Positions 39,021 to 50,038 are shown, counted from the stretch's first letter. The stretch is 64,000 nucleotides of DNA from Chlamydiales bacterium (GCA_029240075.1 JARBTQ010000008.1:2284-66283), one strand, 5' to 3'. Program-made: numbers and translations. Notes: generated by a model not told the origin, from the sequence alone.

Positions 39021-40619
39021 CTACTTTCGGTCATAATGACAAGTTAATCTTAATTTTTGGGCCATCAATTTATTTACTTTGCAAAATAATTTAGAGGCAA
39101 CGCTGCTACTATAAACTACAGCATCACAACCATGGTTCAGCAGCATTATTTCTAAATCTTCTTGACCCTCATCTATTAAAGTTATAAGAGCTAAATCATT
39201 AAAAGAGGGGTCACTTCTAATAACTTTAATGACATCCACAACGTTAATACCTAATAAAGAATTTTCTAAAATAAGCAAACTTACAGGTTGATCTTTGATC
39301 TCTTGTATCAAAAGATCTGCATCAGTAATTGATTTGAAATGGTAAGAAGTACCATTAAATACAGAAGCTACAAGGTTGCATCGGGAGGCATTATTGTAGA
39401 GATATAAAATCATAGAATCAAAGGTGTAAAAAGCATGACAATACTTTTCAAAAATGGAAATAATATTTGTATAACTTGTGGTAGGGGAAAAATAAAATGT
39501 AAAATCATTCTGAACCGCAGACAATCGATCCTCTAAAGTATCTTCTGTAATAAGTCCTATCAACGGTGGGTATAGATTGTGTGAAATTTTTTGAGTTAAA
39601 GATTTTAATTGTTCTTGTTGTACAGAAAATCCCTCTCTTTTTTTCTGAATCAATATGCATACTTTTGTCAAATCTGTAATCTGATGCGATAAGTTATTAT
39701 CATTTATATTGAATAATGGAATACGTTCAACTGAGCACAATTGCTCGATTTGACTAGAGAGGGTTTTGTCTACAATATCATAAATCAAAATAAAATCTGC
39801 TTCAGATGCTTTGGATTGTTTCTTTTGAGCGTAACTTAAAGCTAATTTTTTAAATATATGGTTGTAATTTGGATTGTATGAAATGTCATTAAAGCATAGT
39901 CGCATCTCTACAAGAAACTGTTTCAAAACCTCTTTATTAAGATTACAAATCTTATATTTGATCAGTGGTTCTATTGTATTTTCAAAGCTATTACATAGAT
40001 TTGTGACATTCATATAACCATAAGAACCTGCTGAACCTGCGAATTGGTGTGCTAGGTCCCTAAGTGCGATTAAATTCTCGAGGGAAGGTTCATCAATAAA
40101 TGTATCAATGCATGTATATAAAAATTCTAACTTAGAAGGAATAGAATTATCGTAGCATGCTTTGACTTTTTTTAGACTTTGCCCTACTAAATAGGGGCTT
40201 TCAATACTTGAATTTGAAAAATGATCTTTTAAAATTGAACTAAATGTCTCTCGACTCAAAGGTTTAGGATAAGATTTAACTGCCAATTCCTTTAGGATAC
40301 TCAGAGACTTAATATCAAAAGAGGAGGTAAAAATAATAGGCGTTGTAGATTTTTTAGTTTTTTTTTGTCCCGAAATAAAATCTGTTCCAGTTCCATCTGG
40401 GAGCAATTGATCTACAATAATCAAATCGTACTGCTGCTTTTGCAACTTCTCTTCTGCGCTCTTTAACGTATTTGCATGATCCAAAAAAACTGATTGTGAC
40501 TGACATATTTCCCTTAGATAATTGAAAAGTGCATAGTCATCGTCAATTAAAAGGGCTGCTTGCATCCGTTTAGAAGCTTTCTTCACTGATAGCGCCATTT
40601 TGATCCTTGTGCTTATCAA
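39021..40619 (-). CDS. REC - HPt - pseudo-receiver phosphorelay protein
   Basis: 532 aa. The N-terminal receiver has LLIDDD, DLIIVDQLLPDGTG, IIFTSS and YPKP. The HPt-like motif is LAHQFAGSAGSYGY (H..kGsag..G). In the C-terminal receiver-like fold, LLILENSL replaces the acceptor Asp. Confidence 0.7.
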   Translation of the reverse strand: MISTRIKMALSVKKASKRMQAALLIDDDYALFNYLREICQSQSVFLDHANTLKSAEEKLQKQQYDLIIVDQLLPDGTGTDFISGQKKTKKSTTPIIFTSSFDIKSLSILKELAVKSYPKPLSRETFSSILKDHFSNSSIESPYLVGQSLKKVKACYDNSIPSKLEFLYTCIDTFIDEPSLENLIALRDLAHQFAGSAGSYGYMNVTNLCNSFENTIEPLIKYKICNLNKEVLKQFLVEMRLCFNDISYNPNYNHIFKKLALSYAQKKQSKASEADFILIYDIVDKTLSSQIEQLCSVERIPLFNINDNNLSHQITDLTKVCILIQKKREGFSVQQEQLKSLTQKISHNLYPPLIGLITEDTLEDRLSAVQNDFTFYFSPTTSYTNIISIFEKYCHAFYTFDSMILYLYNNASRCNLVASVFNGTSYHFKSITDADLLIQEIKDQPVSLLILENSLLGINVVDVIKVIRSDPSFNDLALITLIDEGQEDLEIMLLNHGCDAVVYSSSVASKLFCKVNKLMAQKLRLTCHYDRK

Positions 40620-40693
40620 AATCGTTACTAAAAAAATCTTGAAATAAGGCCGCAGTTTACCAAAATGGTTTAATTGGTTCTATCGAAAATGGT

Positions 40694-41062
40694 TCATTTA
40701 TCGTCTATATCTTTTAAATGGATCTTAGCTCGTTGCTGCTTAGTAGAGGAGCGCTGACGTTTTTGCTCTTTGCGCTCTTGTTTAGCTCCATAGGGAATTT
40801 TGGTAGGAACCCGCTTGGGGGGGCGGTAATTAATTTGTTGAACTTTCTGACGCAATTTTTGCAAGCAGTCTAATTTATTAAGATGTTGACTACGCTCTTT
40901 CTGACTTGTAACAATAATACCTGAAGGGAGGTGAATTAGACGTACTGCACTGTCTGTCGTATTGACGTGCTGCCCTCCGCTACCACTTGAACGATAAGTT
41001 TGCACTTCACATTCTCTTAATAATCCATCATCATCATCAGGCAGAAAGATATACATAATCAA
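40694..41062 (-). CDS. arfB: alternative ribosome-rescue factor ArfB (peptidyl-tRNA hydrolase, GGQ domain)
   Basis: 122 aa. [21 protein letters not shown] motif plus a highly basic C-terminal tail ([20 protein letters not shown]), as in YaeJ/ArfB. Confidence 0.8.
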   Translation of the reverse strand: MIMYIFLPDDDDGLLRECEVQTYRSSGSGGQHVNTTDSAVRLIHLPSGIIVTSQKERSQHLNKLDCLQKLRQKVQQINYRPPKRVPTKIPYGAKQERKEQKRQRSSTKQQRAKIHLKDIDDK

Positions 41063-41068
41063 TACTCA

Positions 41069-41893
41069 CTATTTTTGAGCTACTACTGCCAAAAACAGGG
41101 GAAACTCTTCACGTGCACGATTTTCCATCTTAGCAGCTCCCCCTTCACTAACTTTATCTGACATCCACTCTTCCATATCGGTAATTACAAATCCAGCTTC
41201 TTTCAACCATTTAACATAGGCAGAGATGGGATGATGAAAACTCCACGTGTCGGTAGATTTTTGCCCTTTTCCTGGATTCATTTGAATAGGGATTTTGATG
41301 GGAGAATAGTAACGGTTCATCCTGCGATATTGTGTTTTAGTTGCTTGGTCTATTTCCCAGCTAGATTGCCTAGGGATTCTGAAACAAGGATGATTTAAGA
41401 CGATAAGTAAACGCCCACCTTGAGCTAAGTGATTGTAGGCTTGTTGAAGCGCAGCCAGAGGATGTTCAATATTCTGCAGAGCGAGAATGATTGTTGCAAA
41501 CTGAAAATCATTTTTTTGCAAAGGTAGTGGTTTTGTTGCATCAGCTACTGCAAAATGGTGTTTTTTTTGTTTTGAGTAGGATTTTGCTGCTTGTATCAAA
41601 GCTGGAGCAATATCAAAGCCATAGTATTCCATATGTGAAGGAATCTGACGTGCTAAAACTCCTTGACCACAAGCTAAGTCTAGAAGCGAACTTCCTTCTG
41701 GGATTTGATTAAAATTTAGCAGCTTTTTAACCCCTGGCAATACAACGTGTTGGTGATAATAATGTCCATCATCCCCAACGACTTTATCGTACCATTTCCC
41801 CACGTTATGCCACGACGTTGTTTGTTTGTTTGAAGTTTGTTGTTTGGGCATTGCTCGTCTTGCTTTATCGGTATATTGCCTTTCAGTCGTCAT
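41069..41893 (-). CDS. class I SAM-dependent methyltransferase
   Basis: Motif I LLDLACGQGVLARQ, acidic FDIAP, ATIILALQNIEHPLAALQQAYNHLAQGGRLLIVLNHP. Confidence 0.75.
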   Translation of the reverse strand: MTTERQYTDKARRAMPKQQTSNKQTTSWHNVGKWYDKVVGDDGHYYHQHVVLPGVKKLLNFNQIPEGSSLLDLACGQGVLARQIPSHMEYYGFDIAPALIQAAKSYSKQKKHHFAVADATKPLPLQKNDFQFATIILALQNIEHPLAALQQAYNHLAQGGRLLIVLNHPCFRIPRQSSWEIDQATKTQYRRMNRYYSPIKIPIQMNPGKGQKSTDTWSFHHPISAYVKWLKEAGFVITDMEEWMSDKVSEGGAAKMENRAREEFPLFLAVVAQK

Positions 41894-42048
41894 CTCAAAG
41901 ATTCCATTTTCTGCGATTATCTATTTAAAACCTCTGATAATAAAGGAGATTATTATTTTACACAACGCTCAAATTTAAAAAAATGACTACACCATTATAA
42001 AAAAATACCTATAACTATTGTAATAACATTTAATTATATAGGATATTA

Positions 42049-43419
42049 ATGACAACACCTAGAGATGAAAAATATGATCCGTTGTTTAAATCCCAAATGT
42101 ATGCTTTTGATAACGAAGGTAAATTAAAAACAGGTTTTGAATTTGAAGAAAAAGATGAAAGTTACCGAGCTAAGAATATCTTTACAAAAGTGATTGCTTG
42201 GGGAGTATATACTGTTAAAAAATTATTTAGTCCACAGAGTGAAATAAATAAAAAGCTAGAAAACATTCGAAAAAATGAATTTGATAAAATAAACACTGCT
42301 TTAAATGGAAGACCACTCAAAAAATTTAGAGCCTCTCACCCCTCCACTGTTAGAACACAAACTGAAACAGAGAAAACTGCTAATGCAAGGAACTTGATAC
42401 CCGCAAGTATTATAAGCAGTCAATCTATGGGAGCAGGTGTTATGACTCCTGTTATTGCAAAACAAATTGCTGACCAAGCTCAACTTAAGGTAAAAGAAAT
42501 AGCAGAGTCCTCATCTCTTACTACAAAAGCAGAAGCAGCAGTCAGCTTTCAAATGATTTATGATAGGTTACAAAATATTTTAGGAAAAAATCGCCCGTTG
42601 CATCCAGAAATAAAAGCGGCTTTATTTGAAATTTCAGCTGATACTGATCAAAGATTTATTAAAAGAGTGATACAAGCTTTTGACCCAGAAGGAGAAATAG
42701 TTTCATCTAATGCTACATTAGAAAAAAGGAGCTTAGTTGCTGAGAAAATTTTTGTTAAAATTGTTGAATTAGCAATAGAACTTAGTGAGAACCCTAAGTA
42801 CAGTAAATTAGCTAGGATTATAAATAGCTTGTCTAGTCAGCTGACAGATATTATCAATCCTCTTACCCAAGTACATACAGATTCCCTAATCTCTTGTCTT
42901 TATAATAGTCTAGAGGAAATCTCACAAGATGAAGATATTAAAGGTCCACTGCAACGCTGGGTTAATAACCAAGTGCAAGCAAATAAAGAGTTTAAAAGAA
43001 CTGAAGGATATATGGAACGCTTTTCCACGGCATCCAATATACGAGAAAAGGCCACTTGGGAGAATATAGAACTTAACTCCCAAAATGTTTTTAAAAAAGG
43101 TGAAAGAGTTATTTATTTTAAAAATTTATACAATACAAAAATTGCAGTTAAAGAAACCTTAGACTTTTCGAGTTTAACAGATATAGATAAACTTAATAGA
43201 GATGACCTCAAAGTAATTATCAGTTGCTTGGAAACCCTTTCCTCTGTTGAACAGCCTGGACGTTTAGAAATAATCAGTGAATATTTCAGTCTTGATCATT
43301 TTCCAATTAAAGACAAAAGCGAAAGAAAAAAACTAGAAGTGATTTTGCTTACATTTGCAGAAAATATAGATGTAAAGTTATTAGATGCTCTTAGGGATTT
43401 TCATACTACTGAAGCCTGA
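42049..43419 (+). CDS. hypothetical protein (orphan)
   Basis: 456-aa uninterrupted ORF, helical and K/E-rich. No motif recognised. Confidence 0.55.
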   Translation: MTTPRDEKYDPLFKSQMYAFDNEGKLKTGFEFEEKDESYRAKNIFTKVIAWGVYTVKKLFSPQSEINKKLENIRKNEFDKINTALNGRPLKKFRASHPSTVRTQTETEKTANARNLIPASIISSQSMGAGVMTPVIAKQIADQAQLKVKEIAESSSLTTKAEAAVSFQMIYDRLQNILGKNRPLHPEIKAALFEISADTDQRFIKRVIQAFDPEGEIVSSNATLEKRSLVAEKIFVKIVELAIELSENPKYSKLARIINSLSSQLTDIINPLTQVHTDSLISCLYNSLEEISQDEDIKGPLQRWVNNQVQANKEFKRTEGYMERFSTASNIREKATWENIELNSQNVFKKGERVIYFKNLYNTKIAVKETLDFSSLTDIDKLNRDDLKVIISCLETLSSVEQPGRLEIISEYFSLDHFPIKDKSERKKLEVILLTFAENIDVKLLDALRDFHTTEA

Positions 43420-43442
43420 TAAGCTTTAATAAGCACTCTTAA

Positions 43443-43485
43443 GTTCTTACTCTGCGATAAATATTTTTTAGAGTAAGAACTTTTT
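43443..43485 (+). terminator. hairpin terminator between convergent genes
   Basis: GTTCTTACTCT - 16 nt - AGAGTAAGAAC followed by TTTTT. Confidence 0.5.
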
Positions 43486-43505
43486 AAGGTTTAATCTATT
43501 TAGAT

Positions 43506-44081
43506 TTAGTCTGCACCGTCATCAGCAGGAGTGGCTGACTCTGGTAAGGGTGGGTATTTTTGAAGAATTTCATCAAAGAAATCACGAATTCCTGTAAAAA
43601 TTGGATTATAACGACGAAGCTCTTCTTTAGCTAATTCAGATTGTTCCATCTCTTCGATACGAGTTACAAAGTGGTGGAGTAAGTTAATGGTACTTGTAGG
43701 ATCAGTTACGAAAGAGAATTCTTCTCCATCAACTTTCTTGAGGCGATGTAAGAAGCCAATAGAATCTTTCTGTTCAATTGCATCTGAAACAATTAGATTA
43801 ACAACATCTCCACGATCTTGCACCTCTTTAGCAAGGCGAATAAGCATAGAAAAATCTTTAACTAAAGCATCTAATGTTTCTTTAGCTTTGTCCGTAACAA
43901 CCCCTTCCTTCATCTGCCCAAGAAATAATATTTCGAGCAACTTATTAGCCAAATCAGGATTTCCTTCAGATCCAGCTAAAATAATATTTTGGACTTCGCG
44001 AAATGTCGAACGGGTAATTTTTAATGCAAAAATACGTTGGAAATGAGCTCTTACAAGCATTAATGTTTTTCTTTTAAACAT
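43506..44081 (-). CDS. CT584-family protein (Chlamydiae-conserved, proposed T3SS-associated)
   Basis: 191 aa. FQRIFALKITRSTFREVQNIILAGSEGNPDLANKLLEIL and KKVDGEEFSFVTD resemble, from memory, C. trachomatis CT584 (LKRIFATPIGYTTFREFQNVV..., RVDGQEFLLMTD). Its position downstream of thrS-parA-pGP6-D-like matches CT581-CT584 synteny. Confidence 0.5.
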   Translation of the reverse strand: MFKRKTLMLVRAHFQRIFALKITRSTFREVQNIILAGSEGNPDLANKLLEILFLGQMKEGVVTDKAKETLDALVKDFSMLIRLAKEVQDRGDVVNLIVSDAIEQKDSIGFLHRLKKVDGEEFSFVTDPTSTINLLHHFVTRIEEMEQSELAKEELRRYNPIFTGIRDFFDEILQKYPPLPESATPADDGAD

Positions 44082-44138
44082 GAAATCGGTCCTCTCGAAT
44101 TAAAATCGTTAAATTATTTTTACCTTGCCATTATCTAG

Positions 44139-44882
44139 TTATAAAATCAACTCTTGGATTTTATCTACAAGTTCTTTAAGTATTTTTTTCTGCTTTGTGG
44201 AAATAAGTTTATGCTGGGTTTCCATGAGAGCAACAACATCTCCTAAAAGCTTTATGGATTTTTCGGCAGGGTCCCCTTTCCTTTGATCTATTTCAGCTAG
44301 AGGGAAGAGGGAACGGATAAGATCTAACAACTCTTTTTTAGTTTGCCCTTTATAATCTTTAACAATTTGCTGCTTAGCTTCCCATTCCCCTTGCCTACTT
44401 GCTAGGGTATAAATAGCTTGCCTTGGCATAGTTTCCAGTTGTGGATGCAAATTTTTTGGAAGAGCTTGATAAAACTCATAATACAGCAAAAAATTGTAAG
44501 GTGTTTGCCGATTGCCATAAGTGGCCATAAGCCATGCTGTGAAAGCGCCCTCTTGGTAATTCTTTAGCAATCCTTGAGCTTTTTTAATACGTTCTCCATG
44601 TAGTAGTGCAGCTTGATGATTAATAGCCTTAACTTCTGAAGTTAATGTTGTTAAAGCTTTCCAATCACTTTCACTAATACCCCGACCATCTGCAGTGTAC
44701 CGTTCTAAAAGTAAACGTAGAACTTCCTTTTCACTAGCCGAAAGCTCAATACTACCAAAAACTCCTGAAAAACTATTCAAATCACCAGCAGCTGATCTTT
44801 CTACTAAAGCAGCCATTTTCTGCGAGCGTTGCTCCGAACGTTTATTGAAACGTTCTTCAAGTAATGTATTAACTTTTGCCAT
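44139..44882 (-). CDS. pGP6-D-related protein (partner of ParA-type ATPase), hypothetical
   Basis: 247 aa, immediately downstream of parA (12-nt gap). The call rests on synteny with the chlamydial CT582/CT583 pair and plasmid pGP5-D/pGP6-D. No sequence motif was recognised by eye. Confidence 0.4.
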   Translation of the reverse strand: MAKVNTLLEERFNKRSEQRSQKMAALVERSAAGDLNSFSGVFGSIELSASEKEVLRLLLERYTADGRGISESDWKALTTLTSEVKAINHQAALLHGERIKKAQGLLKNYQEGAFTAWLMATYGNRQTPYNFLLYYEFYQALPKNLHPQLETMPRQAIYTLASRQGEWEAKQQIVKDYKGQTKKELLDLIRSLFPLAEIDQRKGDPAEKSIKLLGDVVALMETQHKLISTKQKKILKELVDKIQELIL

Positions 44883-44894
44883 AAAACCGAAATT

Positions 44895-45659
44895 TTAAAC
44901 GTTTTGTAACATGCGATCTAAGATCTCTTCAGCCAAAGCTGTATAGTCCTCAGCTGCTCGGCTCCCTTCGTCAGTATCAAATACAGGCTTACCGTAGATA
45001 GAAGCTTCTGATACAGAAATATCTCTCCGCACTCTATTTTCAAGTAATTTACCGGGAAAAGTTCTCTCTATAACATCTAAAAATGCTTTATTACTTTTTC
45101 CTCGAGGATTCCAAAATGACAATGCTACGCCTAAAACTTCTACTCCATGCCGTTGTGAAATTCCATTAATAAAAAGGGAAAGCCGTTCTAAGCCTTTAAC
45201 ACTATAAAACTCAGGTGTAGCACAGACAAGCACAGAATGAGCGGCAATTAAAGCAGATTCTGTTAACCAGCATAATGATGGTGGGGTGTCGATAAGGATA
45301 CAATCATAGTCTAAAGGCCGAATCAGATCACGTAAACGTTCATGTGAATAGCGATCAGACGCCAAGACCCCAGTAACTTCTACCCTTTCCAGCCATGTAT
45401 CGGCAGGGATTAAGTGGAGGTTTTCCACCTCCGTCTCTAAGATCACTTCTTCCAACTTTTTTTGCTTGAGGAGAACAGCTGCTAAGCTATCATGCTCATC
45501 AGGATCAAATCCTAAACCTGTTGTTAAATTAGCTTGAGCATCAAAATCAATTAATAAGACTTTTTTTTCGTGATAACGAGCTAAGGCTGCCCCAATATGA
45601 AGCGCCGTAGATGTTTTAGCTGTCCCCCCTTTAAAACTACTAACAGCAATCGCGTGCAT
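44895..45659 (-). CDS. parA: ParA/Soj/MinD-family partition ATPase
   Basis: Deviant Walker A SSFKGGTAKTS, LLIDFDAQANLT, Walker B ILIDTPPS. The track ORF start at 45773 lies inside thrS. Met39 (45659, MHAIAVSSFKGG) is the plausible start. Confidence 0.85.
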   Translation of the reverse strand: MHAIAVSSFKGGTAKTSTALHIGAALARYHEKKVLLIDFDAQANLTTGLGFDPDEHDSLAAVLLKQKKLEEVILETEVENLHLIPADTWLERVEVTGVLASDRYSHERLRDLIRPLDYDCILIDTPPSLCWLTESALIAAHSVLVCATPEFYSVKGLERLSLFINGISQRHGVEVLGVALSFWNPRGKSNKAFLDVIERTFPGKLLENRVRRDISVSEASIYGKPVFDTDEGSRAAEDYTALAEEILDRMLQNV

Positions 45660-47622
45660 GAGATCCCTCAGGTTTAACGTGACAAGGAGGGGTAACTTCT
45701 GCTTGCTGTGGACTAAATGGTGAGTGCAACGCTTTTGTGGTACGTTCTTTTTCCAAAATCTCCAGAAGTTCATTGATCCTTATATCACCATGAACCACAT
45801 TATCGCGTGTGCGAAGGCTCACTGTTCCACTTTCAAGCTCCTTATCCCCTACAGTTAAAATGTAGTTGATCTGCTCTAGTTGGGCAGTACGTACTTTTTT
45901 ATTAATCGATTCTCGACTATCGTCTACATCCGTATGGAAATGAGCCTTGCGGAACTTGTTGCGCACTTCATAGGCGTAATCATTGTGCCGATCAGCTACT
46001 GTCAAGATACGCACCTGATTCGGGCTAAGCCAAAGAGGAAACTTTCCTGTAAAATGCTCAATTAAAATCCCAAAAAATCTTTCGATTGATCCGAATAAAG
46101 CACGATGAATCATAATCGGTTTAGGACGAGAACCATCTGCTGCAGAATACTCTAATTCAAAGCGTTGGGGTAAGGCCATATCAAGCTGAATCGTTCCACA
46201 TTGCCAGGTACGACCTATCGCATCCCGAATATGGATATCGATCTTAGGTCCATAGAAAGCTCCATCACCGTGGTTAACTCTATAACTTCTACCTGTACGA
46301 TCCAAAGCATTCTTCAATCCATTTGTAGCAATTTCCCAATCTTCATCACTACCAATTGTGTTTTTTTCAGGTCGGGTTGAAAGTTCTAGATGATAATGTA
46401 GACCAAAAACGCTATAGATCTCATCCAGTAGATGTAATACCCCTAATACCTCATCTTCAATCATCTCTGGTGTCATAAAGATATGAGCGTCATCCTGGTG
46501 AAAGCCTCTAACTCGCATTAATCCTGACAAAGCTCCTGAAGCCTCATAACGGTGGACATGCCCTACTTCAGCAATTCTTAAAGGAAACTCACGATAACTA
46601 TGGTGGTCCATCTTATAGTAGATAATGCAACCTGGACAATTCATTGGTTTGACTGCAAAATCACGCTCTTCTATCGACAAAGTATACATGTTTTGTCGGT
46701 AATTAGCCCAATGTCCTGAAATTTCCCATAACTCACGCGTCATTAAACTAGGAGTTTTAATCTCTAAATAGTCGGCTCGGCGATGACAATCGCGCCAAAA
46801 CTCAAGTAATGTATTCCACACAATCATCCCCTTAGGATGAATAAATGGTAACCCTGGCGCTTCTTCCCTTAAAGAAAATAGACCTAACTTAGGACCTAAT
46901 AATTTATGATCACGTTTTTTGGCTTCTTCTTGCTGTTGTAAATAATCTTGCAACATTTTTTTATCGGGAAAAGTAATTCCATAGATACGAGTCAAACTAG
47001 GTTTAGTTGCATCACCGCGCCAATAAGCTCCTGAAGTTTTAAGAATCTTGAATGCCTTAATTTTTCCAATAGATGGTAAATGGGGTCCACGACAAAGATC
47101 AAAAAACTCCCCTTGACGATAACCTGTCAGCCCCTCTTCTAGGTTGTCAATGATCTCTTTTTTAAAAGGATTACTCCCAAAAGTTTTTAAAGCTTCCTCT
47201 TTACTAGTAAAAGTTTCACGATAGCAACGGAAATTCTCTTTAACAATTTTTTGGGCTTCTTTTTCAATTACTTCAAAGTCACCATCAGAAATTGTAAGGT
47301 CTGCAAAATCATAATAGAACCCTTGCTCAATTGCGGGGCCTATGGTTGGCTGTGCTTGAGGGTATAAACGGAGAACAGCTTGAGCTAGAACATGCGCTGA
47401 AGTATGCCAAAATATCTCTTTACCTAGCTTATCTTCAAAGCTAAAAATTTTAACGCGGTCGCCATTTTGTAGAGGGCGTGCTAAATCACAAATTTGTCCA
47501 TTTAATGACATCCCCAAAGCTTGATCTGGACCCGTTAACTGAAGCTGTTGTGCCAATTGGATTCCATTACTATTTTCAGGAAGTTCAATCCTCTGCTGGG
47601 TGTCTTCTAATATGACGAACAT
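45640..47622 (-). CDS. thrS: threonyl-tRNA synthetase
   Basis: 660 aa. TGS domain at the N-terminus, editing-domain HTSAHVLAQA, class II motifs (FRCYRE..., HRYEASGALSGLMRVRGFHQDDAHIF, GAFYGPKID) and an anticodon-binding domain. Confidence 0.95.
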   Translation of the reverse strand: MFVILEDTQQRIELPENSNGIQLAQQLQLTGPDQALGMSLNGQICDLARPLQNGDRVKIFSFEDKLGKEIFWHTSAHVLAQAVLRLYPQAQPTIGPAIEQGFYYDFADLTISDGDFEVIEKEAQKIVKENFRCYRETFTSKEEALKTFGSNPFKKEIIDNLEEGLTGYRQGEFFDLCRGPHLPSIGKIKAFKILKTSGAYWRGDATKPSLTRIYGITFPDKKMLQDYLQQQEEAKKRDHKLLGPKLGLFSLREEAPGLPFIHPKGMIVWNTLLEFWRDCHRRADYLEIKTPSLMTRELWEISGHWANYRQNMYTLSIEERDFAVKPMNCPGCIIYYKMDHHSYREFPLRIAEVGHVHRYEASGALSGLMRVRGFHQDDAHIFMTPEMIEDEVLGVLHLLDEIYSVFGLHYHLELSTRPEKNTIGSDEDWEIATNGLKNALDRTGRSYRVNHGDGAFYGPKIDIHIRDAIGRTWQCGTIQLDMALPQRFELEYSAADGSRPKPIMIHRALFGSIERFFGILIEHFTGKFPLWLSPNQVRILTVADRHNDYAYEVRNKFRKAHFHTDVDDSRESINKKVRTAQLEQINYILTVGDKELESGTVSLRTRDNVVHGDIRINELLEILEKERTTKALHSPFSPQQAEVTPPCHVKPEGSHARDCC

Positions 47623-47813
47623 GAAACAACAACTCCTAGTATGTTAAACACTCTTAACTTAACGTAAAATAAATGTGGTTTTTCTATGGGTATAAAATTT
47701 GAAATGATTAAAAGATAGATTAACTTGAATAATAATTCAAATCAACAAGGGAAATGCGTGCTATAAGTAAAAGAAATGGATGGGGTTATAGTTGATATTT
47801 GAAGTAAATATCA

Positions 47814-47848
47814 TAAAAAAAGCCATTAGCAATTTCTTGCTAATGGCT
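47814..47848 (-). terminator. Rho-independent terminator downstream of tRNA-Leu
   Basis: Minus strand: AGCCATTAGCAA-GAAA-TTGCTAATGGCT (12-bp perfect stem) followed by TTTTTT. Confidence 0.6.
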
Positions 47849-47853
47849 AAAGT

Positions 47854-47935
47854 TGCCCAGGATAGGGTTCGAACCTACACACCTTGCGGCACTAGATCCT
47901 AAGTCTAGCGTGTCTGCCAATTCCACCACCTGGGC
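47854..47935 (-). tRNA. tRNA-Leu (anticodon TAG)
   Basis: Reverse complement GCCCAGG-TG-GTGGAATTGGCAGACACG-CTAGA-CTTAGGA-TCTAG, a long variable arm TGCCGCAAGGTGTG, then TAGGTTCGAACCCTA-TCCTGGGC-A. Class II tRNA, 82 nt. Confidence 0.9.
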
Positions 47936-48479
47936 ATATTTTTAAATATATAGATGAATAGTAGATGATTGACGAATTATGGTCAAATTTTATTTTGTAT
48001 ATTTGAATCATATTTGACTAGTAAGGGAAATATTAGAGTTGTGAGCACTTAGAGTAATCCCTAAGCAATTTTAGTATAATGCTTCCAGACAAGCTTACCT
48101 GTAACATAACCTAGATCTTCTAAAATCGAGTGTTTAGACACTATAACTCACCTACTAGCAACTACACAGTTTTTCTTTAACTTTTCTCTGTATTCAATTC
48201 ATAAGAAACTTCCCTCTTTTTTCTTTTTAATCTCCTCATAGATAGTTGCTTTTTGGACTAAGTGAAAATGATAACAAATAAGGAATCAGCTTAACTTCAA
48301 TAAAAAAACTATGCTATTCCCGTTGTCTGTTAAGTTATTTATAAATTGAATCTTTCTTAATCCTTATTGTGCCCTATAAATTACGACGAGATTCTTTTTG
48401 GATACAGGTAGGACTCGACAATTAAAATTGAGGTAATTACTATACCTAGCAACTTATTAGAGTAAAAAAATGGTTATAG

Positions 48480-49850
<1,371 letters not shown>

Positions 49851-49857
49851 TTTCCTT

Positions 49858-49893
49858 AGCTGTATAAACTCCTTTAGTTTATACAGCTTTTAT
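49858..49893 (+). terminator. Rho-independent terminator of eno
   Basis: AGCTGTATAAAC-TCCTTTA-GTTTATACAGCT (12-bp stem) followed by TTTTA, 8 nt after the eno stop. Confidence 0.7.
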
Positions 49894-50038
49894 CCTACAT
49901 AGGCTATTTAGATTTTCTAACTAACTCTAGATAGCCTCTACCCATTAACTCTTTATTAAACTTTGCTTGCTTATTAAAGTCGTTTAATCTACCACATCTA
50001 TTATATAAATTAAAAACTTAAATAAGACTTATAAAATA

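Noticed and set aside
43687-44898. Plus-strand ORFs 43687-44046 and 44695-44898.
   Set aside because: They are antisense shadows within the CT584-like and pGP6-D-like genes.
45640-45773. Apparent 134-nt overlap of thrS and parA, and a ~25-aa non-conserved ThrS tail (…ALHSPFSPQQAEVTPPCHVKPEGSHARDCC).
   Set aside because: Most of the overlap disappears if parA starts at Met39 (45659), leaving a 20-nt overlap. The ThrS tail looks like simple read-through to the next stop, not a separate functional element. I could not support a frameshift or a fusion.
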